Of a stretch of DNA of 64,000 bases, positions 49,595 to 60,171 are shown piece by piece. The position numbers were made by a program, and so were the translations under genes. How positions within the stretch are numbered: position 1 is the stretch's first letter; each line of letters starts with the position of its first letter. The notes under the pieces are model-generated. The model was not told where the DNA came from and did no database searches. It saw only the letters and a program-made list of their open reading frames with translations. This DNA comes from Desulfobacterales bacterium (GTDB lineage Bacteria > Desulfobacterota > Desulfobacteria > Desulfobacterales > UBA5852), in assembly GCA_963674755.2 (NCBI GenBank), contig CAXXVS010000002.1:2304001-2368000 (forward strand), in the 5' to 3' direction.

Positions 49595-50404
49595 TTATGG
49601 ATCGACACTGAAGAGGGGCGCATTCAGGCTGCCCTGCCGGTAGCCTTCCAGATCGAGGGCCACGTAGACAAAGCCAACCGCTTTCAGTCCCTGAACCAGG
49701 CGATGCCGGATGTCGGGCATCAACACCCTGGCCATGGCCGCTTCGCCGGCCAGTTCGAGGCGTGCCACGTCGCCGTGGCAGCGAACACGTCCGCCCTGAA
49801 TACCGAGCGACTCCAGCAGGTCTTCCGCGGCTTCCACCCGGGTCAGCAGCGCCTGGTTCAAGGGGGTGTCATAGGGGATGCGGGAAGCCAGGCAGGCCAT
49901 GGCCGGCCGGTCCCAGTTGGGCAGCCCCAGCTCCCGGGCCAGCTGCCGCACCTCGCTCTTGGTCAGACGGGCCTCCACCAGGGGCGCAATGACCGCCAGT
50001 TCCTCCGCCGCCTGCAGCCCCGGCCGGTAGTCGCCCAGATCGTCCAGATTGGCACCATGGGCCATGTGGGCAATTCCCAGGGCGGCGGCGTGCGCCATGA
50101 GTTGCCGGAAGATCAGTTTTTTGCAGACATAGCAGCGGTCGCGGGTATTGGCACGAAAGCCCGCCTGGTCCATCTCCGTGGTACGGGCCAGAATGTGATG
50201 AACCTTGAGACGACTGCCGATGTCCAGCGCGGCCCGGGTTTCCCGGGCCGGATGCACGGGCGAATCCGCGGTCAGGGCCACCACCCGGTTACCCATCACC
50301 GCCACCGCCGCGGCCAACAGAAGCGTGCTGTCCACACCGCCGGAAAAGGCCACTGCCAGGGACGGCAAGGGGCGCAAGCGATCCTTCAGCTGGTCATATT
50401 TCAT
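49595..50404 (-). CDS. larE: ATP-dependent sacrificial sulfur transferase LarE-like
   Basis: SGGVDS PP-loop, RCYVCK, DD.GDYRPG, CLASR, RVR.H. Confidence 0.88.
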   Translation of the reverse strand: MKYDQLKDRLRPLPSLAVAFSGGVDSTLLLAAAVAVMGNRVVALTADSPVHPARETRAALDIGSRLKVHHILARTTEMDQAGFRANTRDRCYVCKKLIFRQLMAHAAALGIAHMAHGANLDDLGDYRPGLQAAEELAVIAPLVEARLTKSEVRQLARELGLPNWDRPAMACLASRIPYDTPLNQALLTRVEAAEDLLESLGIQGGRVRCHGDVARLELAGEAAMARVLMPDIRHRLVQGLKAVGFVYVALDLEGYRQGSLNAPLFSVDP

Positions 50405-50770
50405 CGTTATGTCAGGCGTTAGGGTCATCGCACGACCTTGCCCCGGCCCGGGGCCTGGAATTGATTCATGGAATGCGCCGCAGCATAGCGGAATTTGGTT
50501 CCTGCGGCAAATTAATCATTGCCAATCAAGGCTCAATTCCTGTAAAGGACATAGTTTAATGACCCTCCTATTTATTGATGGTCCGTTACAATGCGTCTAT
50601 TTCAGGAAACAGGTATCAACCGGTGCAGCCCACCATGGTAAACGGTGTGGGACCTGGGAAAACACAAATCATCCCATGGACCGCACCTGCCGGATACGCG
50701 CCTGATACCGGAAACAACGCTGAGTTGGATGATTTCGGCGGCATCAACATTCAGACCTGAAGGGGTTTTT

Positions 50771-52366
50771 ATGGGAAAAGACAGCTTACTCGAATCCACT
50801 TCCAAGAAAAAGGCGACGGCCAAAGCGGACAAAGAGAAGCCGGCCAAGAAAGCCGCCGCCAAGAAGACCACCAGCAAAAAAACGGCAGCCAAAGCCAAAA
50901 AGACGGCCGCTAAGAAAGCGGCCGGCCCGGCAAAGAAGACGGCGGCCAAGAAAGCCACGGCACCGAAAGCGACGGCAGCCAAGGCCCGGAAGCCGGCCAA
51001 GAAAGCCCCTGCCCCACGAAAACCGGCGGCAAAAAAACTGACCCGCAAAGAGCTGCTGTGGAAAAAATTCGAGCCCCTGTCAGCGGCGGCACGCTATACC
51101 CCCGCGGCCAAAAGCCAGCCGCCGGCCGTGCCCGACCCCCCGTCCTTTTTCAGCGGCATGAGCGAGAGCGACGCCAAGAAGGCCCGGGAGGTCCTGAAAC
51201 GCAAATTCGACTGGGCTGAGATCAAGGCCGCCGGAGAAAAATACGCGGCTGAGATGGCGGCCAAGGCGGAGGCGGAAGCCAAACGTAAGGCCGAAGAGGA
51301 AGCCAAGCGTAAAGCCGAAGAAGAAGCCAAGCGTAAGGCCGAAGAAGAAGCCAAACGCAAAGCCGAGGAAGAAACCAAACGTAAAGCTGAAGAAGAGGCC
51401 AAACGCAAAGCCGAGGAAGAAACCAAACGTAAGGCCCAGGAAGAAGCTAAACGTAAGGCTGAGGAAGAAGCCAAACGCAAAGCCGAGGAAGAAACCAAAC
51501 GTAAAGCTGAAGAAGAGGCCAAACGCAAAGCCGAGGAAGAAACCAAACGTAAGGCCCAGGAAGAAGCTAAACGTAAGGCTGAGGAAGAAGCCAAACGCAA
51601 AGCCGAAGAAGAAGCCAAACGAAAGGCTGAAGAACAAATGACACCCCCTCCCGCAGAGACCGGTGCCGACGCCGGAAAAGGGTTCAACCCCATGAAAATG
51701 GGCATCATCGGCTTTTGCGCCATCATTGCCCTGCTCATCTTTTCCAGCTATTCCAATACCAAGAGCTACTATATCACCGAGAAGGACGGCGCCGTTGAAA
51801 TCTGGCGGGGCATCTTCGCCCCCATGGGCAAGACCCGCCTGATGATCCTGCCCGGTATTCAAATGCCGCCGGAAGTGAAGAAGACTTACGGGTGGCAGGA
51901 TGCGTACCGCCTCATGTACCAGTATTATATCGAGAAAGCGGATGCGACCCTTGCGGTTCCGGGCATCCCGGACACGGCGGCGCTTACCCAGGACCTCGAA
52001 AAAGCGATCTCCTATGCCCCCGATCGGGAAATGCGGGATGCCGCACGCACCCGGCTGGTGAGCATCCACATGCAGACCTTGATCCAAAAGGCCCAGGCCG
52101 CGATGAACCGCGGCACCGTCGAAAGTGCCGAGGAGGCCATCGGCTTTCTGAAAGAGGCCGCCCGGTACGATTTAAGTGACGCGGAAGCCGAAATGGTCCA
52201 GCGCAAAATCGAAGAAGCCGGGGGCGTTCTGGCCGACCGCGAAATGGCCAAGGCCGCCGCGGAGAAGGCCGCCGCTGAAACAAAGGCCCTGGAAGCGGAA
52301 GCCCAATCGCTCAAGGAGGCCTCCCAGAGTGAACCGCCGGCAGCGGCTGAAGAAGCCGGTCATTAA
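50771..52366 (+). CDS. Membrane protein with histone H1-like N-terminus and E/K helical repeat
   Basis: AAKK-rich segment, 15 x AKRKAEEE, one TM segment, helical C-terminal domain. Confidence 0.85.
   Translation: MGKDSLLESTSKKKATAKADKEKPAKKAAAKKTTSKKTAAKAKKTAAKKAAGPAKKTAAKKATAPKATAAKARKPAKKAPAPRKPAAKKLTRKELLWKKFEPLSAAARYTPAAKSQPPAVPDPPSFFSGMSESDAKKAREVLKRKFDWAEIKAAGEKYAAEMAAKAEAEAKRKAEEEAKRKAEEEAKRKAEEEAKRKAEEETKRKAEEEAKRKAEEETKRKAQEEAKRKAEEEAKRKAEEETKRKAEEEAKRKAEEETKRKAQEEAKRKAEEEAKRKAEEEAKRKAEEQMTPPPAETGADAGKGFNPMKMGIIGFCAIIALLIFSSYSNTKSYYITEKDGAVEIWRGIFAPMGKTRLMILPGIQMPPEVKKTYGWQDAYRLMYQYYIEKADATLAVPGIPDTAALTQDLEKAISYAPDREMRDAARTRLVSIHMQTLIQKAQAAMNRGTVESAEEAIGFLKEAARYDLSDAEAEMVQRKIEEAGGVLADREMAKAAAEKAAAETKALEAEAQSLKEASQSEPPAAAEEAGH
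51278..51637 (+). repeat. 24-bp coding tandem repeat (about 15 units)
   Basis: Includes an exact 120-bp duplication, 51361-51480 = 51481-51600. Confidence 0.92.
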
Positions 52367-52398
52367 ACGCTGACACAGCGTTTCTGAACGATAATCCG

Positions 52399-52434
52399 AG
52401 CGGGGAGACGGTGTGATCTGTCTCCCCGCTTTTT
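52399..52434 (+). terminator. Rho-independent terminator
   Basis: AGCGGGGAGAC...GTCTCCCCGCT followed by TTTT. Confidence 0.85.
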
Positions 52435-52672
52435 CTTCCTGGAGAGGGCCCGGCGGTTTCGTCTGCCGGCGAATCCCACCGGAACCCTACCGGAAAAGGC
52501 AAGATCCCCGTTTGGCCCCTGCATTCCCGGTTACCTTGATGATGATGCGCCATGCCGCGCGGGACAATTGCTTCCGCCATGTGGCCCCCTCGGTCTACAA
52601 CAACCGCGCTGCGTCATGCCGGCCGGCGTCCGCCTGGAAGGCCCCGTGCAATTGTCGCGGTGACAATGTCTG

Positions 52673-53911
52673 ATGCCCATCCCGTTCAAATTCCATCGAT
52701 CGTCGCCGGATGCCTGGCAGGGCACATTGTATATCATGTGTTTTGCCCAGATGGTTTCCATGATCGGCTTCTCCAGCATCTTTCCCTTCCTCCCGCTCTA
52801 TGTAAAGTCCCTGGGAACCGTGACATCCCTCAGTCTCGACCTTTGTATCGGCCTGGTTTTCTCGGGACAGGCCTTCAGCATGATGATCGCCTCGCCCGTC
52901 TGGGGGGCTCTGGCGGACCGCTGGGGCCGCAAGCTGATGGTGGAACGGGCCATGTTCGGCGGGGCGGTCATCATGGCGTTGATGGCCTTTGTGCACTCGG
53001 CCGAAGAGCTGGTGGCCCTGCGCATGGTCCAGGGGCTGATCACCGGCGTTATGGGCGCCACCAATGCCCTGGTGGCCGCCACGGTGCCCCGCGGCCGGGC
53101 CGGCTATGCCATGGGACTCATGCAGGTGGCCATGGGCGTGGGACTCGGTTTGGGTCCGGTGATCGGAGGAATGGTCGCGGACGCTTATGGCTACCGGGCC
53201 GCTTTTTATATCACGGCTGCTCTTCTGGCCGTGGCCGGGGTCGTGGTCTGGGCAGGTGTGGAGGAGCATTTCGTGGCCCGGGAATCCGCGGGCCGCGAGG
53301 CCCTGCAATTCGTTAGCGCCTGGCGGCGCGTTTTTTCCTCCCGGGGCGTGCTGCTGGCCTACACCCTGCGGTTCATCAACCAGATGGGCCGCATCGTCTT
53401 CATGCCGATTCTGCCGTTGTTCGTCCTCTCGCTGATCGATAGCCCGGACAAAATCAACAGTTTCACAGGCATCGTGATCGGTGCCTCTTCAGCGGCCACC
53501 GCTATTTTCTCCGTCTACCTGGGCCGCCTGGGCGACCGCGCCGGCTACCGGTGGATCGTCATCATCGGGTTGCTGGTCACCGCTTTCCTCTTTCTCCTGC
53601 AAACCATGGTCACCGCCGGCTGGCAGCTTTTGGGATTGCAGGTCCTCTACGGCGTGGCCCTGGGCGGCATCGTGCCAGGCATCAGCGCCCTGCTGGCGGT
53701 CTTCTCCCGCCAGGGCGACGAGGGCGCGGTCTATGGCCTGGACACCGCCATCACCTCGGGGGCGCGTATGATCGGGCCCCTGCTGGGCGTCGGCATCTCG
53801 GCCTGGTTCGGCGTTCGCATGGTTTTCGGAACCGCCGGCCTGCTCTATCTGGCCGCCGCTTTGCTAGCCGTCTGGGGCTTGCCTCCGGGCAACCACACGC
53901 CCCGCGAGTGA
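52673..53911 (+). CDS. MFS transporter (DHA1/MdtG-like)
   Basis: SPVWGALADRWGRK, LRMVQG, 12 TM. Confidence 0.92.
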   Translation: MPIPFKFHRSSPDAWQGTLYIMCFAQMVSMIGFSSIFPFLPLYVKSLGTVTSLSLDLCIGLVFSGQAFSMMIASPVWGALADRWGRKLMVERAMFGGAVIMALMAFVHSAEELVALRMVQGLITGVMGATNALVAATVPRGRAGYAMGLMQVAMGVGLGLGPVIGGMVADAYGYRAAFYITAALLAVAGVVVWAGVEEHFVARESAGREALQFVSAWRRVFSSRGVLLAYTLRFINQMGRIVFMPILPLFVLSLIDSPDKINSFTGIVIGASSAATAIFSVYLGRLGDRAGYRWIVIIGLLVTAFLFLLQTMVTAGWQLLGLQVLYGVALGGIVPGISALLAVFSRQGDEGAVYGLDTAITSGARMIGPLLGVGISAWFGVRMVFGTAGLLYLAAALLAVWGLPPGNHTPRE

Positions 53912-53955
53912 GTGGTCCTGTCTGTAAAGAGGGTGCCGGAACAAGGCCGCTATTT

Positions 53956-54149
53956 AGTGCCCATCCAGATATGGTAGATTTTGGTTCCTGGCAAGGCCGC
54001 AGCCGACTGGCGTCCCGCCGAGCGGGACTTCCCATTTGATTGATTTTTCAACGGTGGGTGCCCGCAGGCGTAGCTTGGGCTACGCCGAGGACCGACAAGA
54101 GGCGAGAACGCCGCCAGGGGCCAAAAAATGCCATCTCTGAATGGGCACT
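53956..54149. repeat. MITE-like repeat family B, copy 2
   Basis: TIRs AGTGCCCATCCAGA / TCTGAATGGGCACT; internal GCGTAGC..GCTACGC. Confidence 0.78.
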
Positions 54150-54349
54150 CTTTAACGGCCCGGGACCTTCCCCTAAGGCCGCAAAGACCTCCACCGCAAA
54201 TTCACTCACAATGGATCGGCCTGTTAAACAGGGTTGCGGACGGATCGGACGATCGTTATGTTGGAGAGAATTCAATGGTCCCGGTTCGGGGACGGCATCG
54301 GCCATAATTTTGTTTCAACATGTATACCTTACCAAAGGCGAGGCAACCT

Positions 54350-55207
54350 ATGGGAAAACTGATCAAGGAAGAAGGCGAAGCGGGAAGGCTCCACATCGAC
54401 ACCCCCCTGATGGGGGAATCCCTGGTGAGCAAGGAGCTGCTGGAAAAAACCGAGGCCAAGGAGTATTTCCGGATGCACCCGGATGTCAATGTGCTCAAGA
54501 TCGGGGGCCAGAGCATCATGGACCGGGGAGGCCAGGCCCTGTTTCCGATCCTGGAGGCGCTCATCAGCGCCAAGGATGAATACAAGATGCTCATCATGAC
54601 CGGCGGCGGCACCCGTGCGCGCCATGTCTACAATATCGGTGTGGACCTGGGTATGCCCACCGGCGTCCTTTCCAAACTGGGGGACAAGGTATCCTGGCAG
54701 AATGCGGAGATGCTCTCGGTCCTGCTGGCCAAGCATGGCGGGGTGAAGATCGGCCACGGCGACAATCTGGAGCAGCTCACCATGTTCTGCCGCCTGGGCT
54801 ACATCCCCATTACCTACGGCATCCCGCCCTACGGGTTTTTCGAACACCCGGCGGAGTACGGCTCGATTCCGCCCCACCGGACGGACTGCGGCGCTTTTCT
54901 CCTGGCGGAGAACATCGGCGCCCGCTCGCTGATTTTTCTGAAAGACGAAAAAGGCCTCTTTGCCAAGGACCCCAAGAAAGTACCGGCTGACGAGCGGGAC
55001 CAGCTGACCTATTACAGCCGCATATCGGCCCGGGAACTCCTCGAACTGGATCTGGACGACCTTATCATCGAGCGGCCCATTATCAACCTGCTGCAGCGGG
55101 CCAAATGCCTCAAGGAATTCCAGATCATCGATGCGATCCGCCATCCCGAACACATCCTGGCAGCCCTCAGGGGCGAGCATGTGGGGACGATCGTCTACAA
55201 AGAATGA
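54350..55207 (+). CDS. Molybdenum storage protein-like (amino-acid kinase fold)
   Basis: TPLMGESL, PDVNVLKIGGQSIMDRG, GGGTRARH, IPPHRTD. Confidence 0.8.
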   Translation: MGKLIKEEGEAGRLHIDTPLMGESLVSKELLEKTEAKEYFRMHPDVNVLKIGGQSIMDRGGQALFPILEALISAKDEYKMLIMTGGGTRARHVYNIGVDLGMPTGVLSKLGDKVSWQNAEMLSVLLAKHGGVKIGHGDNLEQLTMFCRLGYIPITYGIPPYGFFEHPAEYGSIPPHRTDCGAFLLAENIGARSLIFLKDEKGLFAKDPKKVPADERDQLTYYSRISARELLELDLDDLIIERPIINLLQRAKCLKEFQIIDAIRHPEHILAALRGEHVGTIVYKE

Positions 55208-55529
55208 AGCATCTGCTCACAGAATCGCTCCCCGGATCGGTCGAACATATAGGGGTCCGCCACCCGAGGTGGAGGGGTTAAATCGAAACCACATGCCAGT
55301 CGGGATCGCTATCAAAATACCTTGGCAATGGTTGCCAACCGGCTGAACACGCACTTCCCGACAGCGCCTTTTGAAGCTGGGTGGCCCCCTCCTCATAAAG
55401 GCCGCCTGTCGCCCTCCTGAAGATACGCTCCGGATTCCGACAGCGATCCCGAATCATCGGACGATCGCCCCATGGACTCATGGCCGGGAATTTTTTCCTC
55501 GCCATGACCCCATGGGAGGTTATGGGCGG

Positions 55530-55748
55530 TTAGCTCCCCTGCCCGCCCCCGTCTTTCTGTCCCTGACCGGCATCAAGGTAAACCACTTGCGCACCGCTCT
55601 CGCGGCAAATATGGTCAAGTTCTTTCTTGCGAATATGCTTTACGTATAGTTTTAAATCAGCGCCGCTCACGCCCACCACGCGAAAACGCGGCTTTTTCTC
55701 ACCCTTTTCGATCTTGCGGCGTTCACGCACGAAAATTTTACTGGCCAT
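55530..55748 (-). CDS. Small basic hypothetical protein
   Basis: AAGGAGAG RBS; 72 aa; divergent from the PadR gene. Confidence 0.75.
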   Translation of the reverse strand: MASKIFVRERRKIEKGEKKPRFRVVGVSGADLKLYVKHIRKKELDHICRESGAQVVYLDAGQGQKDGGGQGS

Positions 55749-55828
55749 GAGGCTCTCCTTTCGCTATCAAGCGTATAGGTAATTCGAATCCTTAAGTTGT
55801 AAACAATATATATGTCCTTGGAGGATAT

Positions 55829-56212
55829 ATGTCAAGATCGTCTGATAAAAACCCCAAGGGAAATTGGCAGCCCGGGTCGGGCAAGGCCCAGCGCTATATC
55901 CAGCCCTCCCTCCTGCTCGCGCTCCAGCGCAAGCCTTCCTATGGGTACGAACTGATTCAGGAAATCGCCGCTTTCGGCTTCGTGGAGGGGTCGGCACCGC
56001 CGGGCATGATCTACCGCCATCTGCGGGACATGGAGGAAAACGGCTGGGTAACATCGGAGTGGCACACCGAGGGGGCCGGTCCGGCCAAGCGAATTTACCA
56101 GCTGACCGCCGAGGGACAGGAGGTCCTGTCGTTCTGGATCGGCTACATGGACCGGCAGGCCCGAAAATTGTCCAATTTCATTACCATGTATCGGTCATCT
56201 CAAGATGAATAA
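55829..56212 (+). CDS. PadR-family transcriptional regulator
   Basis: SYGYEL, IYRHLR.ME, W....GP.KR.Y.LT.EG. Confidence 0.9.
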   Translation: MSRSSDKNPKGNWQPGSGKAQRYIQPSLLLALQRKPSYGYELIQEIAAFGFVEGSAPPGMIYRHLRDMEENGWVTSEWHTEGAGPAKRIYQLTAEGQEVLSFWIGYMDRQARKLSNFITMYRSSQDE

Positions 56213-56553
56213 TGAATGGGGATGGCAGGATCCAAACAGCCGCCCAGCTTGAACCCGAACTGAAACCTTTGCGGTTTACCTTTCGAGCACTGCATTTTAA
56301 TGTCCTCTATAATTGTCTTCTCTTTCAGATTATGGCACGTAATCGCAGATTTTGGGTGTAGTGATTTCTCTGTGATAACCTACATTTCCCCTCATTAATC
56401 AAAATTTCCCATTTCTTTCCTGATCCGAGTTCTATCACTTATCTACCCGCGATGATAACAACTTGGCGTTGCTTATGCGGAAAACTCGATAATTCACTGA
56501 TAAGAGCGCCAAAGTGGAATAGTGAATACTAAAAGGGGCTTGGAGTCAATTAA

Positions 56554-57116
56554 TGTCCCCCTCGGGGAATGGGAGAAAATCCCTCGCCTTTAGGCGAAGA
56601 CTTTAGTAGGCTTGCGATATTATGAAGAATTACCGCAAGACCTCGCATTCGGTTTATGACATCAAGTATCATTTGGTATGGATCACGAAATATCGCAAGC
56701 CGATGCTCAGCGAAGGGGTGGGGACGCGGTTGCGGGAGCTGATCCGTGAGATCTGCAAGGCGATGGATATAGAGATCATCAAGGGTCATGTTTCCAAGGA
56801 CCACGTCCATCTGTTTGTTTCCGTACCGCCGTATCATTCGGTAAGCCAGGTGATGAAACGCATCAAAGGGAAAACGTCAAGGCGGTTGTTAAGCGAAAGC
56901 CGTATTTTAGCCAGACAATGTTGGGGTCGTCATCTGTGGGCTCGCGGCTATTTTGCAGCATCATCGGGTAATGTCACCGATGAGGTCATAGCTGAATATA
57001 TCGAAAAGCAAACCCACACTGAGCGAGCCCGCGATGACGACTTCACCGTGGACTCGTGAGTCGACTTCAGTCGACCACGTTTGAAGCCACCGCCTTTAGG
57101 CGGTCGGAGCCTTCAC
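56554..57116 (+). mobile_element. IS200-type element (TnpA only)
   Basis: Subterminal hairpins CGCCTTTAGGCG at both ends; boundaries approximate. Confidence 0.85.
56622..57059 (+). CDS. tnpA: IS200/IS605 Y1 transposase
   Basis: YHLVWITKYR, DHVH, LWARGY, YI..Q. Confidence 0.95.
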   Translation: MKNYRKTSHSVYDIKYHLVWITKYRKPMLSEGVGTRLRELIREICKAMDIEIIKGHVSKDHVHLFVSVPPYHSVSQVMKRIKGKTSRRLLSESRILARQCWGRHLWARGYFAASSGNVTDEVIAEYIEKQTHTERARDDDFTVDS

Positions 57117-57126
57117 TTCAGATACA

Positions 57127-57154
57127 TTGACTTAACAACGAGTTATGATAGAAT
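57127..57154 (+). promoter_or_regulatory. Putative Pc-like sigma70 promoter for the second array
   Basis: TTGACT-16 nt-TAGAAT with extended TGn. Confidence 0.5.
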
Positions 57155-57212
57155 TCTGATAAATATCAGGTAGTCAAATAAAATAACATTTTTGTCTGAA
57201 AATGGCCTTTGG

Positions 57213-57251
57213 TGCGGAAAGGCAGATTTCCACTGAATAAATAAGTTATGT
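57213..57251 (+). other. attI-like site without an adjacent integrase
   Basis: Core GTTATGT complements R'' ACATAAC; no attC hairpin; motif TGCGGAAA..CACTGA repeated at 56476-56500. Confidence 0.55.
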
Positions 57252-57264
57252 CGTAAATAAGAAA

Positions 57265-57609
57265 ATGCTTCCTAAAATATTTTTTGCCATATCTGCAATT
57301 GCATCATTCCTATTGGGCATATTTGTTGTTTTTGAAAAAGGCTATAATCATCATGGTATTTCTATTGATTTAAGCAAAAGTTATATTACAGTGTCTGTGC
57401 TATTCTTTGTTATTTCTATTATATTCTTTATCTTAGCATACCGAGAAAAAATCGGAGAAAATTACGATTCAGATAACAATTATATGTGTTCTGAGTGTTT
57501 AAAACCTTTCAGCGGGAATCAAATACGTAATGATAAATGTCCCATATGTGGTTCTAAGGTTGAAAATCTAAAGGGCTTTTATGACAAGCATCCGAATTTA
57601 AAGGACTAA
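57265..57609 (+). CDS. Cassette: 2-TM protein with C-terminal zinc ribbon
   Basis: CSEC...CPICG. Confidence 0.8.
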   Translation: MLPKIFFAISAIASFLLGIFVVFEKGYNHHGISIDLSKSYITVSVLFFVISIIFFILAYREKIGENYDSDNNYMCSECLKPFSGNQIRNDKCPICGSKVENLKGFYDKHPNLKD

Positions 57610-57706
57610 ACATAACAAGTCGCTAAAGTCGTTTCGCGCACATTTGTGCGCTTCACTGGGACCTCCGCCGCTACGCGACTCCGGTCCTTTAGCTCCAGCG
57701 TTCTGT
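57610..57706 (+). other. attC site A
   Basis: R'' ACATAAC ... R' GTTCTGT. Confidence 0.85.
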
Positions 57707-58117
57707 GTAAATGAAATGCTAAATCAAAAATCAATCAAATGGATCAATGTTGAAAAAGAAGGGGAACAATTTTTTGTTCTCGCTATATTCTACTATTTGA
57801 ACGAAGCCAAAAGAATACGTTTTGCCATCGATAAAAAAACAGCCGATGGAATGAGAATTGTCCTTAGTGAACGACCTTTTAAAGAAAAATATGGTAGCGA
57901 CTATTCATATTGGTATTCTGGGTACAGTACTGATAATGAAAACAAAAGTTATGAGTATTACGTTGAAATACGCCTTGGAACAATGAGGCACAAGGAAAAG
58001 AGTCCTTGCTCAAAATCTTTTTGTCAAAATCTAAGATGGTTGACTGAAATCGAATCTATTGTCAATGGGAATGAAAATTGTACCATTTTCGGGAAACGAA
58101 AAGTGTACCACTTCCGC

Positions 58118-58906
58118 TCAGTTAAGGGTTTCGGTTAATGCAGCCGGTGAAGCCGGCGCGGTGTTAAATTCGTTCTTTGACAAAGTGTGCTTTCTGAGCC
58201 GGTAGCTGTGGCCCTTGATGTTGACCACCCGACAGTGGTGGAGCAGCCGGTCGAGGATCGCGGTGGCAATGACCTGATCGCCGAACAGCTCCTGCCAGTC
58301 CCCGAAGCTCTTGTTGGAGGTAATGATGGTGGAGCTTCGTTCGTAGCGGTAGCTGATGAACTGGAAGAACAGGTAGGCTTCCTTGCTGTCGATGGGCAGA
58401 TAGCCCACCTCATCGACCACCACCAGACTGGAGGTCAGATAGGCCTTGTGCCGGGACTGGGGCTGCTCCTTAAGTTTTCGCATCAGGGCGTCCATGGTCA
58501 TGAAGTAGACCTTGAAGCCGTGATGACAGGCCTTGGTGGCCAGTGCGATCGCCAGATGGGTTTTGCCCACCCCCGGAGGCCCCAGGAAGATCACGTTCTC
58601 GTGCTTGGGGATGAAGTCCAGATCGAAGAGCGCCATGACGTCTTTCTTATTGAGATCCGGGTGGAACGAGAAGTCGTAGGCATCGATGGTTTTGGCCGCC
58701 GGAAGGCCCGCGGTCTTCATGGCGGTCTCCACCCGCCGCTTTTCCTTGGCGCCGACTTCCTCCTCCAGCAGGTGATCCAGGAAAGCCATATATGAGCTCT
58801 TGTCGGTTTCGGCCTGCAAAAGGACAGTGTCGAGCACGGCGGCAGCCTGGGTGAGCTTTAGCCGCTGAAGATTGTCCCGAAGGCGGTCTGTAATCAGTTG
58901 GTCCAT
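58118..58906 (-). CDS. istB: IS21 helper ATPase
   Basis: GPPGVGKTHLA, VDEVGY, TSN, AILDRLLHH. Confidence 0.96.
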   Translation of the reverse strand: MDQLITDRLRDNLQRLKLTQAAAVLDTVLLQAETDKSSYMAFLDHLLEEEVGAKEKRRVETAMKTAGLPAAKTIDAYDFSFHPDLNKKDVMALFDLDFIPKHENVIFLGPPGVGKTHLAIALATKACHHGFKVYFMTMDALMRKLKEQPQSRHKAYLTSSLVVVDEVGYLPIDSKEAYLFFQFISYRYERSSTIITSNKSFGDWQELFGDQVIATAILDRLLHHCRVVNIKGHSYRLRKHTLSKNEFNTAPASPAALTETLN

Positions 58907-60171
58907 ACCCCACCTCCTTTCTGGGCCGCCTGTTCGTAGACGGACAGCGGCCTGTAGAGCACTTGGGGAAACAGGCTGCCGTTGACCAGACCCCGCGTGG
59001 CCTTGCCCTTGCGGCGGCCGTAGGGTGGTGTCTTCGGCGGCTGTTCGCGGCGCAGCTTGAGGATCTCCTCGATGATGGCCGGATCGGTGATCATCCGCCC
59101 CTTCTCCGGGCTCTCGGTGTGGGTGATCAGCAGCCGGTCGTCGTCGTAAATGCGGATGACGCCGTCCTTGATCCTCAGCAGCACTTTTTTGCCGACCGCT
59201 TCCGGCGGCACCTGGTAACGGCTGGCGTCGTAGGAGATCAGGCAGTCTTTGTAGACCTTCCGGTAGACCTTGATGGCGGTGTCGTAGTCTCTGGGCACCG
59301 GGCCAAGGCTGCGGACCTCCTGCTGCCAGCGCATGTCGACGAGCTGCCGGTGAGTACGGTGCTGGCGCCGGTTGGCGGTCTCCGAGATCCAGTGGAGCAG
59401 ATCCGCATTGGCCTGGTCGATGCTCTCAAACACATAGCCGCGCCAGAAAGCTTCCCGGATGTAGTCGATGGGGCGTTCCACCTTGCCTTTGGTCCAGGGG
59501 CTATAGGGGGCGCACAGCACCGGCTTGAAGCCGCAGTGGTCGGCAAAATCGGTGAACTCGACATTGATGCGCGCTCGCCCATCGGCGCGGCCGGCGAACA
59601 CATGGCGCATGTTGTCATAGAGCAGTTCGAAAGGCACGCCCCCGAGATACTTGAAGGCCCGCAAGTGGGCGTCCATAAACGCCGCCAGAGTGCAGCGGGT
59701 GACGAACTCGGCGTACATGGCCCGGGAAAATCCGAGAACCAGCAGGAACAGATGCACGGTGATGTCGGCGACACCGGCAGCGGCGATCTTAAAGTCGGCC
59801 CAGTCCACCTGGCCTTGCAGACCGGGAACCGTCTCGAATCGCAGGAAGGCCTGACGACGATTGCGGGCTTTGACGGCCCGCACATAGGTTTTGACCGTGT
59901 CGTAGCCGCCGGAATAGCCGAGGTCTTTGATTTTCTGAAAGATCCATGTACCGCGGTAATTGTCCTGCTGGAGCCAGTCGTCGATCATCTGGTGGTAGGG
60001 GGAAAGGATCGATTCCTTGCGCTTGTGTTTACGATACCGGGGCATTGTGGGATCTGCCAGGTACTTGGTGACGGTGTTGCGGTGAATGCCAAGCTTCCTG
60101 GCAATGGCGCGCATCGTGAAGCCTTGGCGGTGATAGGAATGAATGTCCATGAATGCCTCCCTGGTGATCAT
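58894..60171 (-). CDS. istA: IS21 transposase
   Basis: RFET.PG.QGQVDW, YDNM, TKGKVER. Confidence 0.96.
   Translation of the reverse strand: MITREAFMDIHSYHRQGFTMRAIARKLGIHRNTVTKYLADPTMPRYRKHKRKESILSPYHQMIDDWLQQDNYRGTWIFQKIKDLGYSGGYDTVKTYVRAVKARNRRQAFLRFETVPGLQGQVDWADFKIAAAGVADITVHLFLLVLGFSRAMYAEFVTRCTLAAFMDAHLRAFKYLGGVPFELLYDNMRHVFAGRADGRARINVEFTDFADHCGFKPVLCAPYSPWTKGKVERPIDYIREAFWRGYVFESIDQANADLLHWISETANRRQHRTHRQLVDMRWQQEVRSLGPVPRDYDTAIKVYRKVYKDCLISYDASRYQVPPEAVGKKVLLRIKDGVIRIYDDDRLLITHTESPEKGRMITDPAIIEEILKLRREQPPKTPPYGRRKGKATRGLVNGSLFPQVLYRPLSVYEQAAQKGGGVWTN

Noticed and set aside
51278..51637. 24-bp repeats as CRISPR
   Set aside because: No spacers; an in-frame coding repeat.
56333..56347. 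Sigma-54 promoter TGGCACGTAATCGC
   Set aside because: GG to GC spacing is one base short of the required distance.
56213..56470. intI remnant upstream of the second array
   Set aside because: No tyrosine recombinase motif or SPLD-like ending was seen.
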